NCBI GenBank assembly: GCA_051362555.1
Contig: CM120646.1
Location: forward strand, 24,118,001 to 24,182,000
Direction of reading: 5' to 3'
DNA length: 64,000 nucleotides
From: Lingula anatina
Lineage: Eukaryota > Animalia > Brachiopoda
Shown here: in pieces, positions 27,001 to 37,658 of the stretch
Position numbering within the stretch: position 1 is the stretch's first letter
Layout: every line of letters begins with the position of its first letter
Notes under the pieces: model-generated
What the model was told of the DNA's origin: nothing
The model's input: only the letters and a program-made list of their open reading frames with translations
The model's database searches: none
Translations under genes and position numbers: made by a program

Positions 27001-27621
27001 GAGCGTGCCAGGATGAGACTACAGACAGCAAAATCGTTCACACGTGCCTTCATTACCACTTCATGTCTACCAAGACACACCAAAGGTACACTTCGTGAAT
27101 ATTCCAGGAGGTGTTTCTCAGATTCTAAGCCGCTTATGCACATGACGTCTACGTGAACAGTTGCGATAAGCCATTTATGTTGATTTTACTGCTAAATGAA
27201 AATACATCACCATAGAAAACAGACCATTGTTAATAGCAATGGACACGCAAGCTATTTTAATTAACAATAAGTTTGAGGCTCCTCAGAATGCATCTCATTG
27301 TCACTTCTCTGGTGAATTATAAATGTCATGAGAGTTGCTGTTCAGTCCTGGTAGCGGTCATCTTCACCACTATGTGGTACCTAGTCGGCAGACCTAACGT
27401 AATGCACAGCTTCTATTCTCATAGTCTATTTATAATTAATTAATTGTCAGAACACAACACAACACAACATAACTGTATGTCTGCTTCTACAGAAATATTG
27501 TTTAGGATTTAACTTATAATCTTGCTGTATGCATTGATCGTATAATTATTGCTGAATGTATTGGTCTTGTAATTAGAATTCAGACTTCTGTCCACTTCCG
27601 CAAAAATTGCTGCATGTTATT

Positions 27622-27716
27622 TTTGTCGTAATCTATCCCATAATATGTGAATATTATGTAAAACATGTAACATTTGTCGTAATTTATCCCATAATATGTA
27701 CATTTTGTAAGACATG
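27622..27716. repeat. Two-copy direct repeat, ~51 bp
   Basis: TTTGTCGTAAT(C/T)TATCCCATAATATGT...TGTAA(A/G)ACATG occurs twice. Confidence 0.8.
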
Positions 27717-29710
27717 CTGACGTTAATATGCCATCCCATCCTTCTTCTTTAAAGCTCTGCCCATTGTTTATCGTAAATTTAACCGCTGTGTAAATCGATG
27801 CAAGATAGTGAACGATTTGCGTTTGGAACTAAATAAGATATCAACATGGAAATGGTCATTGTTTTACGACAAAGGTGTGCCGTACAATCTGGTGCCAGTG
27901 GTTGCTTTTGAATTTTTTAGCTCCAGAAAACAAAACATCATTTTGCCTCTGTCTGACAAAATCAGAAGTAAGCCTATAAAAAAGATTCCCCAACACCAGA
28001 TTGTTGATGTAATAGTTATTGTTGTGATTAAATAGGTGTTAAACCGGAGTCTTTAACTGTTCATGTGGGGGAGATCTGTTTGAAATAAAAAACACAATTA
28101 CCCTCCCCCCCCCCCCCCCCAATATGACAACATTACCCTATAACACGGCAATGCTTATTTCTGCATAATCTAACCGGATAAGGAAATAGATCCTAACGTA
28201 TTGATTCACCTTTAGCCCTTCAAGAATACTATAATGAGCTAATACTATTGATAATATTTAGATAGATACCGATCCGATTTCAAATATGACTTAAAATTAC
28301 TGTCAAATACATCATGCTAAGTAATCAACTGTTAACGTTACTCGATTATTTTAAAATGACAGTAGTACATGTATATTTGCTATCGTGTGCTGTCCATGGC
28401 AGGACACGCGGCGCCCAGTTTCTACCAGAACTCATACTTATAGAGGCTACTGGGTCTTGGCACACGCGTCAGTTACTGCCCTGGGGGAAATCAAACCAGC
28501 TCCATTGCAATGCTCACCGCAGTCTGGTCAATCTAATAACCGTTAAAGGTATCTTCTTTTCCACCAGATAACACTGCCATTGTGATAACTGGGTCGTCAT
28601 TTTACAGCATGGGCATTTTAGAATAAATTAGAAGAAAAAGAAAGTGTTGTACACATGTAATGGGGTAGCATGAGGTTTCTTATGAACATTCCGTCACGTG
28701 CGTACCATTTCTGTTTCGCAGTTCTGTAAAGGGTATTTAAATAGCTTTGTTTTAGCATTCAGTTTCACAATACTTAAATGCGTTTTTAATCATGTCTGGA
28801 GCATAGAAAGAATCTATAATCTCTGCTGGTGTGTAATTGTCAACATAACTACATCCTCGACTGATCTGTGTACTTTATGGCTGCCAGCTTTCATTTTAAC
28901 TTAGGGACAACATTCAAAATGTTGGGGTGTGGTGTCAAAGAGTAAGTTTTCAATCCATCCAATTTTACTTCTCAACTCGTTCTTTGTTGAGTTGCCTTTA
29001 TCCTCTCCTGAGACTCAGGATTGATGGCAAAGAAATGATTTTTTTACATTTATTGAAAGCTCAAATATGTCTCTGTAAAAGCCTTCACCTTATGTTTGTA
29101 CATGTGACATTTATCTGCTTACGCTCTGATACACCATGTATGGGGATATTTTTAGCAAAGAAGCACTCCTCTTGAGTGACAGAAAATGTCCTGTGCATCA
29201 TAATGACTCATGAACAATTAATATTTTGTTTTATAATAAGATTCTAAGATTATATTTAAAACTACATATTTATTGGACATAACTCACACCTAAATGTACA
29301 AATTGGCCTCTCATAATCTTATCTCACTCACGAATGTCTTTTAACAAAGCAACACAGACGGTGAAGTCCCCACAGTTCATTTACTCCCACAGGGGGCCTA
29401 CCGGTAGAGTGCAAACACTTCGTATTCGGACTCTTCAGACGCATTTGGCATTAACTGTTTTAGTTCTTAACACAACAGTAATCGTCTACGTCGATGCATT
29501 CAAGATTTATAATTCCCCATTTAAGCTTCCCACCTCTCTCCTCCAACAAGCTGTCTGAATGACTGTACTTCAGTGAAGCTTTTCAAATTGAAAATTAAAA
29601 CAGTCGTCTGGAGAAACGTTTTAGGACCAAAGCGGTTCATCACTGACCCTGTGTGAGCCGGCCAAGGATCTGTATTCAGTTGAAAATGTTCTTGATATGA
29701 CATTCCAAAA

Positions 29711-29959
29711 GGGCGCTCTCAGAACAAGTTAACCGCGGTCTTACTGATCAAATATGGCCGACCCATTTAAAAGAAATGCCGCTTATTATTTAATGGGCCC
29801 CCTGCTTCCCACGCGCGCCGTCCTAGCAATTTAACCTCGGAGCGAAGATTTAATCTGTTTAATTGCTAGGCCCCCTGCAGTGGTAGGGTCGCTTTCAAGT
29901 GGGATATGCCATATTTGATCCGTGGACCAGTTAGCGGATCACCTGTTCTGTATGTGGCC
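29711..29959. mobile_element. Foldback/MITE insertion ~80 bp upstream of the paralog A start codon
   Basis: Nested inverted repeats: CAGAAC (29720) with GTTCTG (ending 29950); GATCAAATATGGC (29746-29758) with GCCATATTTGATC (29908-29920); CCTAGCAATT (29822-29831) with AATTGCTAGG (29861-29870). Absent at the homologous site in unit B (~32828-32843, GACATTAGCAGACAGG). Confidence 0.8.
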
Positions 29960-30038
29960 AAACAGGCTGATACCTCTCATCCCCGCCTACAACATCTAGA
30001 TATTAACTTAAAAATCATTTCTACATCTCATACTGTCT

Positions 30039-30308
30039 ATGATGAGTGTTCTGTGTGCCGTCTTTCTGGCCACTGTTCTTGTTGTCCCACTTGTAAGAGG
30101 GGACCAGGATGTTTTCAGCAAAAAGTTGCAGATATTTAAACTGGAAGCTCACATTTCCCTCATCACAGGGAAGCTGAAGGCAGAGTGTAGTGGCCATGTC
30201 GACCCTGCCCCAGAACACGTCTTGCTGATTGGGCGCCGTGCTGTCTTACCGCTCGACCTGGATCTGGAGATAGAATTCAAGAAAAACCTGTTTGACCAGT
30301 TAGTAAAG
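30039..30308 (+). CDS. Secreted protein paralog A, coding exon 1 (signal peptide plus helical domain)
   Basis: ATG at 30039; hydrophobic signal MMSVLCAVFLATVLVVPLVRG|D; 90 codons ending at AAG|GTAAAT (phase-0 donor). The same donor position is conserved in paralog B, and homology ends a few bases after it. Confidence 0.88.
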
Positions 30309-31064
30309 GTAAATAAGGGGCGACAATACCTTTTTTTAAAGCAATGTGGATAATGAGTACATATATATTTACTATAAAGTACGTATGAAGTCAGCGCACA
30401 TTCCCTATACACTGTATAAACCACTTCTATTGGTTTGTTATACGACTTAAATAAAGTCGCCATGCCAAGGCATAAATAAAATTAATCACTCAATCAGCCA
30501 TTAGCAACAATTAAAACCGCACCTTTTTAGAATTTCTGGTCGTAAAGCTACCGAATTTTCTGTCCCTCTAGTTCGTAAAAGTCCGTCAAATGAGGTAGTA
30601 AAGTATGGCACATTATTACTGCTGCACCTGCAGTTATTAAAAATGAGTTACCGTAAACTCTGAGGCTTATATACATGTATATAGCACAGAAAGAAAAAAA
30701 GCAGAAAAGGCTTGTTCAAATACCCTATTTCGGGAAATAGGAAACGAAGCAATTAAGTTATGATATATGGAACTATATGGCGGCATTTGAACGAGTTTAA
30801 TGGCAAAAATTGACTTTTGATGCATCTGTAATTTATAATGCATTGCTCTGCATACTTTTTCCAACGAAAAAAAAACTTTTTAAATTTAATCAGGACCATT
30901 CCCAAGCTGAAAGGAAAGAACACTGTAGTGGAAATGAATTGTTACTGAAAATAATTTCACTGTTCAATATTTTGCCAATTGTTATACTATTATCTTCTCA
31001 TTCTGGATAGTTTACGACAATATTGAAAAATACTTTCAAATTACATGTCCGTATTATCTTCCAG

Positions 31065-31322
31065 TTGTATGCGGAGTGCAGGCTACAGCAGACAACAATT
31101 CGGAAGAACCCCTGGCGCCGCACTGCCGTCCCGTGGCGGACAACGTTCCGGACAACCCCCTGGCACCGTACTGGCACCCCATGGACTACACGTGCCCCTC
31201 CTACACCTCCACCTACAGCTGCCCCGCCTAGACCTGCCCTGGTTACACCTGCCCCACCTACACCTTCACGTTCACCTGCCCCGCCAACGACCACCACACA
31301 AATGGTACACTACTTGTCGTAG
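31065..31322 (+). CDS. Secreted protein paralog A, coding exon 2 (Cys, Trp/Arg/Thr modules, Pro/Thr tail); spliced product ~175 aa
   Basis: Acceptor TATTATCTTCCAG|TTG is conserved with paralog B. The phase-0 join gives ...DQLVK-LYAECRLQQTTIRKNPWRRTAVPWRTTFRTTPWHRTGTPWTTRAPPTPPP...VHYLS*. GC-rich relative to the intron. Confidence 0.85.
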   Translation: MYAECRLQQTTIRKNPWRRTAVPWRTTFRTTPWHRTGTPWTTRAPPTPPPTAAPPRPALVTPAPPTPSRSPAPPTTTTQMVHYLS

Positions 31323-32107
31323 CTACCTCATTTTAATAAGAAATAAGAGATAAATTCAGAAACCGTCGGTGTGACTCACAATCATGTAGTGCTTACGGGA
31401 AAATATAAAACCACAAAAATACGACAACGTTGTTAAAATGTTTTTTAAAGCGTTCCATTGTCGTGTGGTGTTTGATATATAAAAAGGTGGTCGTTCTTAC
31501 TACTTAATTCAGTTCACAACATGGCCGGTTGCTCAGTACTGTGGAAGAGAGAGATTCTATAATCTCTGCTGGTGTGTAATTATCAACATAACTACATCCT
31601 CGACTGATCTGTGTACTTTATGGCTGCCAGCTTTCATTTTAACTTAGGGAAAACTTTCAAAATGTTGAAGTGTGGTGTCAAAGAGTACGTTTTCAATATA
31701 TCCAATTTTACTTTTCACAACTCGTTCTTTGTTGAATTGTCTTCATCCCCTCCCGAGACACAGGATTGATGGCAAAGAAATGATTTTTTTACATTATTGG
31801 AAAGCTCAAACATGTTTCAGTAAAAACCTTACCTATGTGATTGTACGTGTGACATTTGTCTGTTTACGCTCTGATATACCATGGGGATATCTCTGTATGG
31901 GGATATCTCTGCAATTATTAGCATAGCTCTTCCCTTTGGTGACGGAAATCAACTTAATTGTCTATCATCTGTAAAAAAAACTCATAAACAATTAATATTT
32001 TGTTTTGACATAAGATTTGTAGTTGACGCTTAAAACTTCTCTTATTATTTCTTGAGATATATCAAGTATTTTGACATGAAAGTACCGGCTAGTACAGCTG
32101 TCTCATA

Positions 32108-32300
32108 GACCACGGTATAGAAATGGTCAAACCCTTAGTTTACAATGACCACGGTATACAAGTTGTCAAACTCTTAGTTTACAATGACCACGGTATACAA
32201 GTTGTCAAACTCTTAGTTTACAATGACCACGGTATACAAGTTGTCAAACTCTTAGTTTACAATGACCACGGTATACAAGTTGTCAAACTCTTAGTTTACA
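32108..32300. repeat. Minisatellite, 39-bp unit, ~5 copies (unit B only)
   Basis: GACCACGGTATACAAGTTGTCAAACTCTTAGTTTACAAT at 32108, 32147, 32186, 32225 and 32264; the first copy is diverged. Confidence 0.96.
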
Positions 32301-32928
32301 TTAAAGGACATGTAACGTTTGCTGTAAGAAGACGGTCTAAAATGGAGGTTGGATCAACAAAGATAATGTGAAAGACTATCAGAAAATACATCTGGGTCCG
32401 CCCCTGTACTTGGATGTACAGTATGTATGGTCATCTAATAATCTTATCTCACTCACGAATTTTCATCAACAAACGCGACGCAGACGGTAAAGTTCACATA
32501 GCAGATTGACCGGTACAGGGGGGGAGGGGCATACTGCAAAGAGTTCGTACGAAGTTCAACATTAGGTCTCTTCAGGCGTGTTTGGTATCAACTGTTTTGG
32601 TTCTTAACACGGCAGTAAGCGTCTGATGCATTTAAGACTTATAACTCCCCAGCCACGCTTTCTACCTCCAACAATCTGTCTGAATAACTCTACTGCAGTA
32701 AAGCTTTCCAAATGTCTGAAAATTAAAATAGTCGTCTGGAGAAGCATTATAGGACGAAAGCGGTTTATCAGTGACCCTGTGTGAGCCGGCCAAAGATTTG
32801 TATTAAATTGGATATTGGTTTGATATGACATTAGCAGACAGGCTGATACTCCTCTCACCCTCAGCTACGACTTCCAGATATTTACTTTTAATTTAGTTGT
32901 ACATCTCATTGAAGGCACCATACTGCCC

Positions 32929-33201
32929 ATGTTGAGTGATTTGTGTGCGGTATTCCTGGCCATTACTGCCCTTGTCGTCCTCCAAGTAAGAGGGGACCAA
33001 GATGTTTTCAGCAAAAAGTTGCAGATATTTCAACTGGAAGCTCACATTTCCCTCATCACAGGGAAGCTGAAGGCAGAGTGTAGTGGCCATGTCGACCCTG
33101 CCCCAGAACACGTCATGCTGATTGGGCGCCGTGCTGTCTTACCGCTCGACCTGGATCTGGAGATAGAATTCAAGAAAAACCTGTTTGACCAGTTGATGAA
33201 G
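32929..33201 (+). CDS. Secreted protein paralog B, coding exon 1
   Basis: ATG at 32929; signal-like MLSDLCAVFLAITALVVLQVRG|D; 91 codons ending at AAG|GTAAAT. The mature part is nearly identical to paralog A. Confidence 0.88.
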
Positions 33202-33548
33202 GTAAATAAGTGGCACCATGGTTCCTCTACTTACTACAGGAGGTTACTTTCTCTAAAACAATGTAGGTAAAGAATACATGCATGTACTGCTTTCAGTTAT
33301 CTTACATTATCATGCTGACTTTCCTCAAAGCAAAAAGCTAAACTTAAAGACTGGACCATTTCCTTTCTGAACAAACAGAAAACTGCTATGGTAATAAATA
33401 TATAGGGAATATTGAAAATAAATCCCCCGTTCCACATTTTGCCCGTTGTTATACATATTATCTTCTGATTCCGAATATTTTACAACAATACTGTAGTTCA
33501 GGTTAACGAACAAGAAGTTTCAAAATATACGTCTGTATTATCTTCCAG

Positions 33549-33785
33549 TTGTATGCGCAGTGTAAGCAGCACCGGACAACGTTCCGCACGACACTATGGC
33601 GGACAACATTCCGAACTACCCCGTGGCGGACAACATTCCGGACAACCCGCTGGCACAGCACTGGAGCTCCGTGGACTACAGCCCGCTTCCCGCTTACACT
33701 TAAACCTTCCCGTATGATGTCTACACCCCCCTTGCCACCCACCGTACCACCCACCTTACCACCCACCCTACCCCTGGGGCATTAG
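33549..33785 (+). CDS. Secreted protein paralog B, coding exon 2; spliced product ~169 aa
   Basis: Acceptor TATTATCTTCCAG|TTG; translation LYAQCKQH(RTTFRTTxW)x3 HSTGAPWTTARF...PPTVPPTLPPTLPLGH*; AATAAA at 33802-33807. Confidence 0.85.
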   Translation: MYAQCKQHRTTFRTTLWRTTFRTTPWRTTFRTTRWHSTGAPWTTARFPLTLKPSRMMSTPPLPPTVPPTLPPTLPLGH

Positions 33786-33906
33786 CTACATTCTTTAAAG
33801 AAATAAACTCAGAAACTCTCGGTTCGACTCACTTTTATCAGTTCTTAAAGGGAAAAATTAAACTACAAAAATACGATAACATTGTAACAATTTGGCCATT
33901 TGTGCA

Positions 33907-33981
33907 AAAGTATTATCCGTTTATAAAGTATTATCCGTTTATAAAGTATTATCCGTTTATCAAGTATTATCCGTTTATAAA
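33907..33981. repeat. Minisatellite, 18-bp unit, 4 copies
   Basis: AAAGTATTATCCGTTTAT x4, immediately after the end of duplication unit B. Confidence 0.95.
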
Positions 33982-35767
33982 CCCTGAAGGTAACTGCGGT
34001 GAAATCGCACGCTTACCATGAGGTGAGTTTTTCCGTCAGTCCACCTTTATATTTCACGTTTAACAACAACAAGATTTTTTTCTTTTTCTTTTTTTTTTTA
34101 GTGATAAAGAGATAACAACTGTTCGTATGAAATTCATATTTCACAATAGGAAATGTTGTAAACAATTCATAGAAATATAATTAATTCCAGTTTACCATCA
34201 AAACATCAGTTATCACAATTATTCTGGAATCTGTGCTTGCCATCAGACCACGCGGACCTTCATAGATGGCCATACCTCTGTAATAATCTCTTATGACATT
34301 ATTACAAAAAAGTTAACTTTTTAGAAAATTTTGTACTAACTTTGAATGTCGAAAATTCGTTAACCATTGGTATGCATGGGAAAATTGTCGTTTTCAACAT
34401 GAAAATCCATTTTGGGCCAAAGTACTCGACTGTTATCCCTTAAACAAACTTCAATTCAATATATACTCTACAGTTTGTTCATCTCCTGGAGAAACCTCGA
34501 TCTTGAAATACTACAGACCATTAAGGTTAAATCAAAATCTCATTAATCTAACTTGAATTAAGCAGTGACCTTAATCTCGATAACGCTAACAACCTGACCT
34601 CGCAGCTTCTAGTGCTTTTCTGTGCGTTACTGCTTAGTACGCTATCATACAACTTATCAGAAATGACATGATAAACATGTAATAAGGGAGAGTTAAAGTA
34701 AAGTAACCTGCTTAATTTAACAATCACAGACTACTTAAAGTAACGACTACACACATACAACTTCCAGACAGATGCATGGAAACACGTTAAATGTCTTATG
34801 AAGAAATAAGCATTTTTCTGAATGTTTTAAGTTTAATTTCCATAGTATTTTCAATCACACATTTAAAAGTGAAAGGCGATCGCTAAATGATTTCTTCAAG
34901 CGCAATTGTTCAACCAAAGCACTCTATCTGCTGGGTGAGATAACCCGCTTGTTGACGTGGAGTTGAAATGAGGTCAAGAACTGCCCGCGAAACCTTTGCA
35001 ACAACGCAATAACAAAAGCAGTGAGCAGGCGTGTGCAGGCTACTCCAATAACCTGCCCAGCAGTATATACCTGCCAACTTGTAGACCATTCTCCTACTGT
35101 TAACAGATTCAACCGATGTCTCAAGTACGCACGACGTAAGTACAGTTAATTAGTACAGCATAATTAGTACGAACAAATCTGATTTATAAACCTAATGAAG
35201 GTTTGACATTATAATGAAACCGTCAATTTGTCTTCATTACACTAGTGTTTCATTATCTTAAGTTCATGTGGAATTAAGCACATAATCGTATTACCCCGTA
35301 TTTCTTCATTTGCAATTATTCCTTCCCATAGCGAATCAAACTCCGCTTGCTGACTTTCCCTGTCAAAAGGGAGTTGCATATATGCGCTACCTTAACTTAT
35401 TACTAGTTATAGTCTGTTTACGTTTTATTATTAATACAACCCAGATAAAGTGCTCACAGATAAGAGAACGACCCACATGACCGTACAGCCAGATAAAGTT
35501 GTGTACGTGTATTTGTGTCGTGTTCCTGTCGTGTTGTCGCTAATGTTTGAACTACATAACGCTTCAGAGGACAGAGAAAACGAAGTGCTATATCTGTTTC
35601 ACTTCAATCTTGTTGACATTGTGCTTGTCTCCCATCTCGTTTTTACTGATATTTGACTGGGTAAGATATGAACAACAAGATATTAACCCTCTATAATCCA
35701 ACTTGTGTTCGCATTATTCTTGACTCTTGTTCCATAATCGACAAAATTTGATTTGTTCGGTTTGATA

Positions 35768-36030
35768 AGGCCTACTCTACACTTCAAGTTGACATTCTGA
35801 CAGACTGCATTACCAGCACCTTGCTGATCACTTCTGAATAAAGATGTGCTCGCTCACACAGCCAAACATACAGCAGGCTCTGGACCGTTTTTTTTCTATC
35901 GACTGCAGTTTTCATACCATGTCAGCCACCAATTTCTCTATAAGAGATCAGGTGGAATTCTGCTGGGCTGTCGACCGTCTGGTCAAGACCATAGACGCCA
36001 GCAAAGCTCAGAATACGTTTTACTTTGGTT
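35768..36030 (+). mobile_element. Possible decayed LINE reverse-transcriptase fragment
   Basis: Frameshifted pieces DILTDCITST / LADH / IQQALDR / WAVDRLVKTIDASK follow the order of LINE RT motifs (DCITSxxRLFADD...LQxDLD...WxxxWxxxFNxSK). Confidence 0.3.
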
Positions 36031-37658
36031 GGTATCAATGCGTCCTGATAACAGTTGGATTCTAATCACGTACAATCTCTGACCCTGAGATGACATATCG
36101 ATTAAAATCACCGGTTTAATCCACAAGTCTAAGAAATGACGCGCGTTCTAATGAATTACCACTAAGTAAAGGGTTCGAGTAGGAGTGGAAAAGAAAGAGA
36201 AGCTTAAAAAAGGCTACTATTAGAAAGAAAGTGTAAGTACCATTACGAGAGAGAGAGAGAGAGATGAGACAATTCTGTTGTATGATAAAATGTTTTTCCA
36301 ACAACAACTTTAGATCAAGATTGTTAAAATGTACCACTCCTTTATTTCAATGTCTCACAAGGCACCCTTCACCGGCGAGTTAGGCTGTATGTCGGAAGAA
36401 CATCTTTGAATTATTTTCATAACTTTAGGTGCATAACACAGTGGATGATATTATTATTTACAGTATACGGTTTACAATACCAGTACACTACAGTACGCTA
36501 AGGGTTACTGAAAACACAGAGCTGGCGTTACTGTCCCAGTCCCCCCCCGTACTGACCCGTATTTCGGTGAACGCGGGTGACCTTTAGCTAGTTTAGTCTT
36601 TCAACTGATTACACCTATATATAGGCTGCTGGATAGGAAAGTAGGTTCTTGTTTTGCTTTCTGTACACCACTTGTGGTTGCTAAGCTCTGATAACTCACG
36701 TTGTTCTTTTTTATAAAATTGAAAGTTATGCACCCCTTAGATAGGCCGTTACTTAGTATGCAATATTGATAGTGGATGATTGTCATATAAACCCTCTAGC
36801 CATGAGCGGGAGATAAGATTATTCGTGAAATGATTATTGATTAATAAGCCATTAAGGCACCTTTTAGTTTAGAAGAATCGCACTTGAACGCTCCTCTTTA
36901 GATTAGCGAATACCGACATGTTTGATTCGACTTAATCTGATCCAAATTTAACCTTTAATTCTTCCGGACAGTGCATCGGCCTACTTGGATTTTCTACCTT
37001 CTTGCCGAGAGGAATATCGATTTTCAAAGCTTATCCTATCTAACCTTTATTTGGACAGTGAAAGTGAACATAATACGACGCGACAACCTCTCTTACATTG
37101 TAAACGAAAAAAAAACACTTACTCAGCATTAAAGCCGGTCGGCCTGAAAATATCATCAAACAGAAGTATAGAAATATGTTGAACTAACGTTTCTTTTTTA
37201 CATAATAATCCTCGTGATCTGATTGATTGGGGAAAAAGTTGCTGTTGATGAACAGGAGAATTAATTTAAGCCACAGGGGACAGAGCAAATACAGATAAGA
37301 TAAACCGGTATGATTCTATAGGCATATTGTCTTGAGGAGAAGTTTAAATGGTACCTGAAAGGTTAATCTTTGCTTCATCATGGCGTGCGGCCATTACAAT
37401 ATACCGGGTAAAGGTCTTGTGATTGCTATCTTTGCATCGATTTTTCTCTACATTTTGTACTTTGATACATTTTATACCTCCACATCTAAAATAGATAGTA
37501 CTTGTTAAAAATAATAGAACAGTTGTTAGATATATAATGGAACGATTGCTTGTATTCACTGAGCATTTCAAATTTAGTCAGAGAGTTATTGTAAAGAAAG
37601 GATAAATATTTATGTTACATATTTTTTCATTTTTTACTTCCAGCCAGATGTGCTGACC

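Larger units (their letters stand above)
28813..33892 (+). repeat. Tandem segmental duplication: unit A ~28813-31440, unit B ~31556-33892, one secreted-protein gene per unit
   Basis: Colinear homology of upstream blocks (28813/31556; ~29315/~32439; ~29640/~32770), exon 1, intron 3' end, exon 2 and 3' flank (~31390-31440 vs ~33841-33892). Confidence 0.95.

Noticed and set aside
28927-29175. Similar ORFs 28927-29175 and 31672-31926 (also 29521-29703 and 32604-32858) suggesting another gene pair
   Set aside because: The similarity reflects the DNA duplication; some starts are non-ATG, indels shift frames and ends differ, so there is no sign of coding constraint.
30309-30353. Unspliced C-terminal extensions of ORFs 30039-30353 and 32929-33270
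   Set aside because: Paralog similarity collapses just after a shared GTAAAT donor, so the read-through is intronic.
32123-32371. ORF with (VVKLLVYNDHGIQ)n repeats
   Set aside because: Translation of the 39-bp minisatellite; absent from the paralogous unit A.
36171-36180. GGTTCGA B-box-like strings (also ~43148) as possible tRNA or SINE
   Set aside because: No matching A-box or cloverleaf stems nearby.
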